64,000 nt of DNA from Azolla caroliniana (Eukaryota; Plantae; Polypodiophyta). Position 1 is the first letter of the stretch; each line of letters begins with the position of its first letter. Of the stretch, positions 40,701 through 53,500 are shown one piece after another. A program made the position numbers and the translations under genes. The notes beneath the pieces were generated by a model that saw nothing but the letters and a program-made list of their open reading frames with translations, was not told the origin of the DNA and ran no database searches. The stretch is taken from contig JBHGNT010000010.1 of NCBI GenBank assembly GCA_043228905.1, forward strand, positions 1,798,001 to 1,862,000, in the 5' to 3' direction.

Positions 40701-41321
40701 GTAACCGGGTTCATGCCGTCAGAGCTCATGTTCGGACAGAAGCCGATCATGCCGATGGAACGGACGATCTCCTCTTGGGCGACAGTGGACTGGAGAGACG
40801 AGATGAACCGGGAAGAACTTATAGCGGCGCGTATACGGCAGCTCGAGCGGAGGGCAGGGGATGTGGAACAAGCGGCGGAGAGACTTCGGACGGCGAGGAT
40901 GAGGAACAAAGCCCGGTTCGACCAAACGCACCAGCTCCGACCAAAGAAAATCGAGGAAGGCGACTGGGTGCTAGTCTACGACAGCAGCCTCGACAACCAG
41001 CACCAGGCAACACGGAAGTTTGCAAAACGGTGGTTTGGGCCTTACGTGGTAACGAGCGCCAACGGCAACGAGACGTATCACCTGACGGAACTCGACGGTA
41101 CGAGGATGGCGATACCGGTAGCAGGGAAGCGGATCAAGGCGTTCAAGAAGCGCCACGACGGCGAACCGGATGTAAGAGGCCCGGACAGCGACGACGAACA
41201 GTCCGAAACGGAGGACGAACCGATGGACGAGGAACCGGAACCCGGACCGGTTTTCTCCAACCAGAACCCAATTTGGGTGCATACCGGTGGATGCGAGGTT
41301 AGGTGGGGGCGGATGTCGTGA
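37734..41321 (+). pseudogene. pol ORF (RT-RNase H-integrase) in the -1 frame
   Basis: ORFs 37656-37925, 37974-39305 and 39315-41321 share one frame, broken by TGA at 37923 and 39303. Motifs DLYSGYDQF, LPQG, FLDDIPIKG, TVDTS, ELWG, WMVDL, ADRGE, NGKVER. Confidence 0.9.
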
Positions 41322-42986
41322 AGAAAACCATCCCTTAGCGCAATTGGTGCATAGCGCACGCGAACCGGCTCTTCACGCGTGCGCGCCCTTTAATGTATAT
41401 AATAGAGGATTAGGTACAAAGGTATATCCTAGGTAGTTAGATTCGGTAGGTAGGAAGTTAATGAGGGAAACGGCTCCCTTCTTGAAGCTATAAAGGAGAG
41501 GGAGACGCGGGGAGAAGGGGATCGCGCATTGAGGAGGACGAAGTGCTGTCGGGCCGTAACCGAACGCTTCTCCTCTGTTTGTTCTCAATTGCTCTTCTCT
41601 GCAGGTTTTCGGGAGGCTCGTGCTGCTTCGAGGAACGCCCGTGTGCTTCCGGCAGCACCTCCATCCTATCCCCTTTCGTGCGTAGACGAACAGGCATCGA
41701 CATCTGTTCGCCGGCCTGTTCGGTTGTAACCGCTCGCGTGATCTGTTGTTTATTTGTCAATCGTTAATATACAAACATTTGTGTCTCTCTGTCTCTGTGT
41801 CCATTCGCGTCTTCTGCGTTGACGGGCCGTGCCCCTGTGTTTCTTTGCTCATACATAACCGAGCGTCTCTCTCTTTCTCTTTCCCCTTCTATCACCCGCT
41901 CTTCGGTTCGAGACTCCGGTGGTCCCGCCTCGTTTCTCCACGCACGCGCATAGTAACGCGACAACGGATTGTCAAAACTCGAAAGACAATTTTTGGTAAA
42001 GCTATTGTTCGTGCACCATAAAAGAGGGTTTGGAGAACTAGTAAATGTTGAGAATGCTGCCGTCTAGTGCGGAACAATGTCAATACTCCGTTGTTGAGAG
42101 ATCATTAACAAGTACAAGTCGAGATGATTTATGATTACAAGCAACTAAAATATGTAACAAGATCAGTAGGAATGCAAGAGGAAGAGAACAAAATGTTAGG
42201 CACAAGATGACGTTTATTGCTTAGGCCCAAAGGCTCAATTTATAAAATGAACAACAACATCAACTTAGGTTACAAAGTCAGTTTATATACTGATTGACTT
42301 AGGGCAATTGTCCTTCTTAGTGTTTACAAAGATGTCCTAAACCTAATGTGTACAAATGGGACAATGTGAATACGTCCATTAGAGACCTGTATTCGACACT
42401 CCCCCGTAATGGGCGTATACATCCGAAATCTGTAATATAAGTGAACGATACAGATTTGTACAAAGTTGTTGAACGAATCGGATTTTAGTTCAAGTCGGTA
42501 AACTCCGGAAAACAGAAGGCCGAATAGGTCGAAGTCAGAGGATTTGAGGCCGAACTTCGAATTGTAGATGATGATTGTTCGAAACCATTTAATTTATGAT
42601 CAACCGATTATTCATTGCGCTCATTTGGTGCCGTAGGGATCAAAATCGATTCGCCGAAAAACACTTGGTGATTCCATCTACGTCATTATTGGCTGTAGAT
42701 ATCTTCTCGAGGCTGATTTTCCCTGGAACAACGTAGTCCCGAACAAAGTGATATCGAACGTCGATATGCTTGGAGGCGTTGTGCGGGATCGTATTTTTCG
42801 ATAGAGAAAAGATGCTCTGATTGTCACTATAGACAACTAGAGTTGAGTCGGATTCGACTTGTCGAAACGTGTGCGCTAGCCGACTGAGCCATAGAGCCTC
42901 TTTCACTGCATGGGACGCGGCTACGTATTTGGCCTCGGTTGTTGATGTGGCAGTGCACTACTGAAGTTTTGATTTCCACGAGATTG

Positions 42987-45900
42987 TGTAAAAGAATATG
43001 ATTGCAGAAGCTTTGACAGGACCGGTTACACTAGATAGCAACAAAGAATAAAGACACAGGTTTAATGGAAGTCTTACGCAGGAGAGACAAAGAAAGCAGA
43101 ACAGTAAACTCAATTCAAAATAATAACACTCTGTACATACAATGTGCTTAGTGAGCACTTTTATACAAGTCCTTACACGGACTGACAGAAGTACTAACAT
43201 GTACTTCAATGCTCATACGAGCGACTATCACTGACTCCCAAAAATACGCCTACGTATTAGGCTAGATTCGTAGGCCTCTAACGGCCTATCGGTTCCAATC
43301 CGATTCGGCTCTTGCTTTTGGAGACTGATCCGAACACCTATCTGGTTCTTCGTTGTAGATACTGATCCGGCTTTGGCTTATTCAGCCGATCCAGATCCGG
43401 TTGAGTTTGTTCGCTCAACAGTCCCCCTCAAGCTCAACTTCAGGTCAGATTGCAAGTGTCAGTGTCAATGGTAGCCGATCCTCTCCTCCGGCTTCCCTTG
43501 GCATCCTCCTGCCTGACTCGTGCTCCTCGTCCTGTTAAGTTCCGCTTTCCACGACCTGTCCGGTCCCGTGCACTTCGACCTTCTCGGTCGGCTTGTCTGC
43601 TCAGAAGGCCCATCTCAGCTCCTTTGCTGTTGTGACTCCGGCGCATCTCGACCCGTCGGTTCCTCCGTGTTGGTGTCGACTTCTGCTGCCTCCTTCTGCG
43701 TTTGGCCTTCAGTTGATCCGGCTCCTCCGAATCAAGCACCGCTTCCGAATCGCGTGATTCCAATTTGTTCTAGCTCTTGTCCGAATTGGTTGTCTCCAAT
43801 TTGTCCTCCTTAAGGCCCTTGACCACATCTGCCCATGTCTTAGTCTTGGCCTTTCCGGCTTTGCCTCCCCCTTTTTTGGTTGGCTTTGGCTTGGGCTCTC
43901 TGTTCCGGTGGCTCCCTGTGCGTCCGGTCTCGGCTTTTTCAACCGTCCCGTGCCATCCGACTTTTTCAGTCGGGCCAAATCGAAATCGGTTTCTGACTCG
44001 ACTTTTCAATCATCTTTCTCATTCCTCCCCCTCAAGTTCGGCATATCTAGATACTGCACACCCAGTGCATCGGAAAATTGCCGCAACTTGTCCAAGCCCA
44101 GAGGTTTGGTGAAGATATCGGCCACTTGCCGATCTATCAGAACATGCAACAGTTCCACTTCATTGGAGAGAACGCGTTCTCGGACAAAATGATAGTGCAC
44201 ATCGATGTGCATAGTCCGGGCGTGAAAGACAAGGTTCTTTTCCAAATGGATGTTGCTGAGGTTGTCGTAATAGATCATTGTCAGATCAGACACCTCCACT
44301 CGCAGATCCTTCAAGGGCCTCTTTAGCCATATGGCTTTGCACGTTGCGACAACCGCTCCTTGGTACTCGGCCTCCGTGCTCGACAATGCTATTGTCGGTT
44401 GCTTTTTACTACTCCAGGTGACCGCGACGCTTCCTAGTGAAAACACACATCCGGATGTAGACCTATGGTCGCCGGCATTTCCGGCCCAATTGGCATCCAT
44501 GTAGCCAACAAGTTGTTCGGCTACACCGGTCCGATATAGCAACCCCCTGTCCTTAGTGCCACTAACATACTCGAGTATTCGGTGCGCGCACTGAAGGTGC
44601 TCCACAGTCGGATGCGCCATGAATTGACTAATCAATCCGATTGTATAGCTGAGGTTCGGCTGGGTGATGGTCAGATATATAAGGATTCCGACTATTTGCT
44701 AGAACCTTTTCGGATTGCATGCCGTTCCGGAGTCAGGGTGAAGCTTTACATTTCGGTCGAGAGGAGTTGAGATGGATTTGCATTCTGTCATGCCGAATTT
44801 GAAGAGCATACTTAGCACATAGTGGTGGTGGCTGATTAGTATGCCTTCGGGGTTGCATATAACTTCAATCCCGAGGATGTAATGAAGGTCTCCTAGATCC
44901 TTCATCTCGAATGATGCTCCAAGCTGGGATTTGATGCGGCCGATTTCGTCTAGGTCGGTGCCGACGATGACAAGATCATCCACATAGAGCAATATGCTCA
45001 CCGATCCGTTTTGACCTTGCCAGATGAAAATGAAGAATCCGATTTCGACAGAGCAAACCCCATACGACGTAGTCTATGCGTGATCTTCGCGTTCCAGGCG
45101 CGCGAGGCTTGCTTGAGTCCGTAGAGGGACTTCTTCAATCGGCACACCGCCGATGTATTCACTCCGGAATGAAATACGGGGGGTTGAACCATAAACAGAT
45201 GTTCCTCAAGCTCACCTTGCAAGAACGCGTTTTTCACATCCATTTGATGTAGATGCCACCCCTTCGCTGTTGCCACCTCAAGGAGGACACGAACGATGAA
45301 CGTCTCATTGTAATCGATGCCGTGTTGTTGCGCATAGCCCTTTGCCACTAACTGGGCCTTGCACCGGTTCATGGAGCTGTCGGTTTTGTATTTAACCTTG
45401 TACACCCACAGACAACCGATCGGCTTCACTCCTTTCAGTACGTCCACCAAATCCCACGTCTCATTTTCTGTGAGTGCATGCATTTCTTCCTCCATAACGG
45501 CATGCCAATTTGCGTCCTTCGCCGCTTTTGCGTAGCTGTCTGGCTCAAGCACTTCTGCCACCTTCGTCATGTACATATAATGATATGCCATGTACTCATT
45601 ATATCCGTACCTTTTTACGGGGTTCCTCTGGCAGGTGGATCAACGTAACTTCTCTTTAGCCGATTTCAGGGCCCTCTTGGCTGACTTAGACTTCTCTTTC
45701 GAAGGTCCATCTATGTTTTGTCTAGAGTCGGATTCGCTCTGATCCAACTCGTCTCTGCTGGTGTCATACTCCGACATCTTCTTCTTCCCCTTCTCTTTGC
45801 ACGTGAACCGTCTCCTCGGTGCCTTGCGCGGGGAGAGCACCACTGAGTCTTCACTACTCGCTGGCTCATCATCCGGTTCACCACTCGGACTTAACCAGTC

Positions 45901-48900
45901 CGAATTCTGTCCACTCATCCAGTGAGAAGTCGGAATATCTGGTTGTTCGGATTCCGCGATGCTTCTCTCTGTTCCGGATTCCACCGGATTATCTACAACA
46001 ATCAGCTCGGGTTTGGGTGGGGAGAAATACCAGAGTGCTGATTCATCAAAAAAGACATCTCGGCTGACTCAGATCGGTTTCGATCGGGGGTTATAACACT
46101 TATAACCCTTCTATTCGTCCAAATAACCGACGAGAATGCACTTTTCGGCGTTCACATCTAACTTTCTCTGTTTTTCCTTCGGTACATGGACATATGCAAT
46201 GCCACTGAACACCCAAAGGTGTGTCAAATTTGGCTTTTGCTCAAAGTAGAGTTCAATCGGCGACACCTTTGTCCCTGAGGCAGATATCCGATTTTGGATG
46301 TAGACGGTTGTCCGAATCACTTCAGCCCAATAAAATTTGGACATGCTTTTCTCCTCAAGCGACACCTTCTACCAGCGTCCTATTCTAATGCTCGGCCACG
46401 TCGTTTTGCTTCGGTGTGTATCTGCAAGAGAATTCCTGTCGGATTCCCTTCGTACGTAGATAACTCATGAACTAGCCAGAAAAGTACTCTTTTCCGCCAT
46501 CCGATCTTAGACACTTAATCTTTCTTCCGGTCTTGTGTTCAACAAGGTTCTTCAAATCCTAGAAGCACAAGAAGACTTTGCTTTTCTTCTCGATTATATA
46601 GATCCAAGTGTGCCGGGTGAAATCGTCGATGAAGGAGACGAAATACCGACTCCCATCGATACTCATGTTTTGTGCCAGTCCCCATACATCCGAATGGATG
46701 AGATCAAGCCGATTCCGGCTCCGATTCTTCTCATTACGGAATGGAAGCCTATGCTATTTCCCGAGTTGTTAAGCTTCACATATTTGGCCATTTTGGCCAC
46801 TGAACTTCCGCAGTCCGAAAAGTACGTGTTCCGACTACAACTCCTGAAGCTTCCGAAAGTTGATGTGGCCGATCCGCTTATGCCGTAGGTCGATGTCTGA
46901 CTCTACCTTCTGGCCTTTCACGAACATAGCGGTGCCGACATCATTCGTTTCGAGGATAAACATTCTCCTGTCTCGACACCCTTGCATGATGACTTTGCCC
47001 TCTTCTTCAATGAAACACTCAAGATGTGTGAACCAGTGTCATGAGGATTTTCGGCTATGGTGAGAAAACCTGAGCGGGATGAATAAAATGGGGATGTGCA
47101 ACATTGCACATGCACTTGATAGGATTGTAAAATAGAGTAACAAATGTAAAGGGAAGGGTAGAATGTAAGGTGCTAAAAGTGCACTACAACGTTTGTGAAG
47201 TATAAAGGTGATCTATACTTAGGGGCTCATGCACATGTAGACTAAAGGGGAGTGCATGGAAGTATGGTGTAATAAGTAGAGGGTATGGTTGGTTGTGAGG
47301 AGAGGGAGTTAAGGATCCATCAATCTCTCCTCCAAAGATCAAGGCAAATATTCCCCATTGAAGGAAGGGGATATTTGGCCTCTCTTTTTGTAATGTGCCT
47401 CACCCCTTATTACATAAAAGGGAGTGAGGGGTCACTTGGGAAGGGGTCTCCATTATGTTGTTTTGGGGTAGACCATTAGGGCTTTAATTATCCCTATTTC
47501 GTTTTAGGGTTTCACGTTTTAGGATCTCATTTTAGGGTTTCATTCATTCATCTTCTTCTTTTCCCCTATCCGGTTAGGGTTTCATCTAGAGGGTTTACAT
47601 TCGTCCTACGCGCCCATGGTTGTAATTCATGTGGTGTTTTCGTTATATAATCACTCGATGAATCTTGTCTTGTCTTTTCTCTAATCTTAATCTCTCCAAT
47701 CTTAACCTCTCTAACCTTAATCTTTCCCTTCTTGGTTAAACTCTCAAGCTTATTTGCCTTCTCTCACTCCCTAGTCCAAGACCCCCGTGGTCCCGTCCTA
47801 TCCGATACGCACACGCGAAACTTCGCGACACCGGACCTGCATCCCTTGGTCGACAATCTGTTCGACTGACATAAGATTCTTTGTGATTGTCGGGAGGTGC
47901 AAGACGTTCATCAACTTTCCCTTCTGCCCGACATGGCTGAGAGGAACCTCACCGATGTGCTTGATGGTATGAGGAGTGTCATCTCTGGTTTCGATAACTC
48001 CCGGTTGCTCTGGCTTTTCCAGAAACAAGACCCACTCTTCGTGGCTCATCATGTGGTTAGTTGATCCGGAGTCAACGTACCATACTTCCTCCGATCTGGA
48101 AGCGGTCTTCTTCATTGAGTTCGCCTTGTGCTTCATCATGAAGGCTGACCCTTGTCCGGTCTTTCCGGTTTCGAATCCTTCCGATTCTTTAGCGTAGTGC
48201 GAGCTTTGCTAATTTCCTCGACCGGCCTTGCCAGATCCGGATTTGTCCAAATTAGTGTGCTTCTTCCAACACTCACTCTCTCTGTGGCCCTTCCGACCAC
48301 AATACCAACATTCTGTTGTGGTCTTCTCTTGCCGGTTTCCGGCGGCACTTTAACTCCCCCTGCTTGTGGAGGGTCCAAAACTGTTGTCGGCACTATCTCT
48401 GTGCCTCCGATTTTGCTCTTGTTGGCCGCCTGCATTGCGTGCCGATCCGCCTCGTCTACCACGACCATGGGGCCGATCCGCCTTCGTGCACAACATCCTG
48501 CTATTAGTCTGTGTACTCGTTGACGAACCCACATGGTTCTCCTCTACTAGGAGCATCGATTGTAAGTAAAAAAATGAGGGCATATTCTCCCTTGTAGAGA
48601 CTGCCGTTCGAAATGCTCTAAACTTTGATGCCAGGCCCGTGAGACAAATCTACACCATCTCATCTTCCTCGATGGTTACGTTGATAGAGTCAAGTGAGTC
48701 ATAGATATCTTTGATCTAGGCAGTGTAGTCGGCCACCGACATGTCCTTCTGTTAGATATTGCTCAACTCCTGTCGGAGTTGCAACTTCTGGGCCATGGTG
48801 CTTGCGGTGAAGACCTTCTTTAGGTTTCCCCAAGCTTCCTTCGGCATCTTGGTGTTCCATATATGGCCCAACAACTGATCGCCGACACTGGACGCAAAGC

Positions 48901-49581
48901 AGTACATAACTCTGCTTGCCGCTTGTTCCCAAGTTGGGAAGTTCCTGTGTGCCACATCAGGTGCTGTATCCTTAGCTCCGTCGACATAACTCTAGTAGCC
49001 ATGCCCGAGCAGGTACTGGTGCATCTTGTACAAGCAAGATGCGTAGTTGGATCTGTCGAGCTTCTTCTTGGGAGCGAGCTAGCCATTTCTCGGTCCATAT
49101 CCTTCTTCTTGTCTATTCTTTACTGGGTGTTAGGGTTTGTCTTAGGAAATCGCTCGTCGGCTGTAGTTTAATGAAAGACACAAGTTTAATGAAATCTTAC
49201 ACAGGAGAGACAGAGATAGCTGAACAATAAACTCAATTCAAAATAATAACACTATGTACATATAATGTGCTCAATGAGCACTTTTATACAAGTCCTTACA
49301 CGGATTAACAGAACTACTACATGTACTTCAATGCTCATACGAGTGACTAGCCATGATTCCCAAAAATATGCCTATGTACTAGGCTAGATTCGTAGGCCTC
49401 TAACGGCCTACCGGTTCCAATCCGATCTGTCTCTCCGATCTATCTATTGGATCTATCTCTCCAATCCGGCTCTTGGTTCTGGATACCGATCCGGACACCT
49501 ATCCGGTTCTTCATTGTGGATACTGATTCGGCTCTGGCTTATTCAACCGATCCGGATCCGGTTGAGCTTGTCCGCTCAACA
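42987..49581 (-). mobile_element. Inner Ty1/Copia retrotransposon inserted in the outer Copia RNase H; TSD GATTG; 3' LTR 42987-43420, partial 5' LTR ~49174-49581
   Basis: GATTG on both flanks. Gag near 49040-48550, PR WYVDSG near 48080, integrase 46100-46900, RT (LLYVDD) 45591-44699, RNase H 44635-44006, PPT 43421-43432. About 60 bp of the 5' LTR and the PBS are missing. Confidence 0.92.
47037..47830 (+). mobile_element. Solo LTR (794 bp) inserted in the inner Copia; TSD CCAG/CCGG
   Basis: TGTCATGAGG...CTTCGCGACA. Removing it restores the Copia reading MQVRFTH. It is homologous to 59173-59896 and shares its 3' end with the 34922 LTR. Confidence 0.88.
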
Positions 49582-50551
49582 GATTGCTCCATTGCCGAAT
49601 TTGAAGCAGTATCTGGTTGTCGATTTTCGGTTGTCCACACAACTAGCAAAATATGAGTCAGTGTAACTGACTATGCCTGAGTTTTGTTCGGGCAAAAAAG
49701 AATGCCATAGTCTTTTGTGCCTACTAGATATCTAAACACACGGTTTACTGTGTTCTAGTGCGATCGGCCAGGGTTGTGCATGAATCTGCTGACGACTCCT
49801 ACGGTGTGAGCAATGTCAGGTCGTGTCGTCACCATCACGTACATTAGGGATCCAACTACCGGTGCATACAGTACCGACTTCATAATTTTCCCCTCCAAAC
49901 CGGATTTCGGGCAGTCTCGTTGAGATAACCAAGTGCTAATGAGGAGCGAGGTTGAAGTAGATTTTGCTGATTACATGTTGAAGCGTTCTAAGACACGTCC
50001 AATGTAGTTGGATTGAGACAAGAACAACTATCTTTGATTTCGATTATGACTTATCTTCATTCCAAGAATGTGTCTTGCCGGACTGAGGTCCTTCATGGCA
50101 AACTTCAACCCTAGTTGCCGAACAAGTTGGGGTGGCCGAATCAAACGTCTCTTTTAGTTTGTAGACCCACTTGCAGGGAAGAGCAAGTCGATTTTTCAGT
50201 AATTCGACCAAGTCCCAAGTCTTATTTTGTTGAATGGAGTTCATTTCCAACTCCATTGCCAGATGCCATGTGGCCGAATCGAAGGATTCCGATGCTTCTT
50301 CGTATGACGCCGGTTCTCTGGTGTTCGTAAAGAAGATTCCGGGAGAGTATCTCTCCGGGGGTTGCGACAGTCTCTTGGATCTTCGAGGTATGACTGGACT
50401 AGTCGCATCAGGTGTCGGGGTCGGATGGTCCAAAGCCGAACCATTCGGTTGTGTCGAGTCGGATGCTGCCAAGTTGGTGTTGGAGGTTTTGGCTACCCGT
50501 GAGGTCGACCTCGTGTTGTGTGCTAGGCCTTCACGAAGGGTCGGCACTTCG

Positions 50552-53500
50552 TGTCACAGACAAGTAGACGAAGCTCAATACTAAGAGAGTGAGAGAGAGA
50601 TCATAGACAAGATAATAAGAAAGAGAGAGAGAGAAAGTAATCAAGAGAACAAGAACTGAATTATGATTCCGTAACTGGTGTTGTTCACCTTGACTAAGGC
50701 CAAGGGGAACCCTGTATTTACACATGTTTATGGGCTCTAAATGTAGCCCCATGCAAAAACTCATTTTCATGCACAAGCTTCTAGAATGTTCTAGCTTCTG
50801 GAGCTTTCTGGAAGCTTCTAAAATCCTACATGTAGAATAGATAATCTACAATAATCTAGTAAGGTAACATAATTATGTATTAGATGTATTGGTTAAAACA
50901 TATCGATTAAATACAATAGGGCAAGAGTTTGAATCATGACATGACTGTTGTCATGTCCATGACATTATCCCCCTGCTAAGGCCGCCTCCGAAGATGCCTC
51001 CTCGGTTTTTGTGGATATTGGTGATGAAATGCATGAACAACATCCGGTGCATTCTCCAAGTGTTGGGATGGTTCCCAAGTTGCCTCTGAAATGGGATACC
51101 CTTTCCATAGTACTAAGTATTGAAGTTGTCGTCGATGCCAATGAGAGTCCAAAATCTTGTCCACCTCATACTCCTCACCTATGGAAAGCTCAATTGGAGG
51201 TGGAGGTGGAGAGTGTCTTCCAGGAATAGTGGATGGATGATAAGGTTCAAGAAGAGGGGCATGGAAGACATTATGAATCCGGAAATGTGGGGGAACTTCT
51301 TGTAATCCAACTTTCCACAAGGTCGAGTAGTATCGACATGGTGACGTAAGAGCCAAACTTGATCACGAACTGCAAAGGTGGGTGTAGCGGAGCGATGTCG
51401 ACCAGCTTGCGCTTTATACCGGTCCCTTGCAAGGATGAGTTCGTGGGAGAGGTCTTGATGAATGTCGGCTAAAATACGAGCACGCCCTTCCGCTGACGGG
51501 TTGACAAAGCTGTTAGGGATGGAAATACTGAAGCGAGGATGGAAACCATAGTTGGCGAAAAATGGGGTGACCCCAGTTGAACCATGTAGCGTATTATTAT
51601 ATGTGAACTCTACCAAGGGTAGGAGGTCAACCCAATCATCTTGCTGGTAGCTAAGCGAGCATCGAAGGTATTGCTCAAGAATTTAGTTCACCCACTCCGT
51701 TTGGCCATCGGTTTGAGGATGATAAGACGAAGACAAATTCACTATTGTGCCCAATGTTTGAAGGAGCCACCACAAAAAACGAGAGACAAATTGCGGTCTA
51801 TGATCTGAGATGACATCATCCGGGACCCCATGAAGCCACATCACATTCCTTAAAAATAGTTCGGTTGTTGCTTCTACTGAAATAGTCTTTGCACAAGGGG
51901 CAAAATGAGCCATCTTTGTAAACCGATCTACCATGACGAGCACTGTGTCATATCCGTGGACAAGAGGCAAGTAAGTGATGAAATGCATGGAAATTGATGC
52001 CCAAGGCCGGTTGGGAATGGGAAGTGGTTGGAGCAACCCCTATGGCCTATGGTGGACGACTTTGGATCTAGCACAAGTATCACATATCTTGATGAATTCC
52101 TTGACGAACTTCCATGGTTGAGGCCACCAATATCCTCGTGAGATTAATTCGAGTATCTTTGTAACGCCAAAATGACCAGCCAAGGGGTCATCATGACACT
52201 TTTGGAGAACTTGAGTTCGACATCAGCCCTCCAGAACATATAAGAGTTGGTCTCGATAAAGCAATCCCCCCTCGAATATGAAGCGGTCAAGGTCTTCCTT
52301 GGTCTTGGATTTAGATGGATCAATAAGACCTTCCTGAATTGCGTTGGCGAATTTGTCGGTTGGAAGTGCTTTGGCTATCTCCTCAAGCAAAGAGTCGTCA
52401 TGGAGCATGCATGTGTCAAAGAGCTGGAATTGATTTGGTTTAAGCAAACATTGAGATTGTTGAGCATAGGCAATTATCCCTTGGGCTCAACTCAAAATCT
52501 GACCGTCGTGAAAGAGCATCAACCTTCATGTTTTATGCCCCGGCCGAAAGACAATTTCAAAGTCATAGTCGGCTAAGAAAGTTGATCAACGGGCCTGCCG
52601 CCGATTTAAAGTACGGATTGTTGAGAAATACAATAAATTTTTATGATATGTTAATACCTGAACCAGATGTTGCGCCCTAGCCAAGTAAGGTCTCCACTCC
52701 GTGAAAGCTGCCACTATAGCCGCAAGCTCCTTGTCGTAGATGGGATAGTTGATTTCTAGAGCTGTGAATTTTCGGGAGTAGTATGCCACCGGTGTAGGAT
52801 GCCATCATCATCGGGTTGGGATAAGATGACACCAATGGCAAAGTCAGAGGCATCTGTTTCAACTTGAAAAGGCTTAGTAGGGCCGACGTGAAGGAGGACT
52901 GGAGCTCGGGTAAAAACTTCCTTGAGTAGGTCGAAGGTGTGTTGAGTAGATGGAGTCCATTGAAATGACATCCCTTTACAAGCAAGCTCAATCAAGGGAT
53001 GGACTATGACGGAGAACCCCTTGATAAATCACCGATTGAAATTTGCGAAACCAAGGAACGACTGGACGTCCTTTACTCGTTTTGGAGTGGCCCATTCTTG
53101 AATTGTCTTGATTTTCTTTGGATCCATGGTGATGCCCTGTGGGGAGATAACATAACCAAGAAATTCTATGGAATTGCAATCAAACTCACATTTTTCTCTC
53201 TTGGCATAGAGGCCATGCTCCCTAAGTTTCGAGAGAATCAATCGAACGTGGTGAGTATGCTCTTCAATGCTCGACAAGAAGACAAGAATGTCATCAAGGT
53301 AGATAACAACAAAGTGATCGAGATATTCTCGAAATATGTCGTTCATCATATGTTGAAAAACAACTGGAGCATTGGTGAGTCCAAAAGGCAAATACGTTGT
53401 ACTCGACGTGTCCGTATTGCGTACGAAATGTCGTCTTCCATTCATCACCAAGTTTAATCTGAACCAAGTTGTATGCTCCCCGCAAGTCAATCTTGGAGAT

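Larger units (their letters stand above)
34922..41963 (+). mobile_element. Full-length Ty3/Gypsy (non-chromovirus) LTR retrotransposon; LTRs 34922-35571 and 41314-41963; TSD ACGG
   Basis: 650-bp TG...CA LTRs with about 16 substitutions by eye. PBS TGGTGAACCTGACGTGA at 35576-35592 (tRNA-Trp). PPT AGGTGGGGGCGGA. Gag with zinc knuckle CMWCDEVGHIQKDC, then PR LVDHGSEINL, RT (FLDD), RNase H and integrase (HHCC, DDE), with no chromodomain. Confidence 0.97.
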
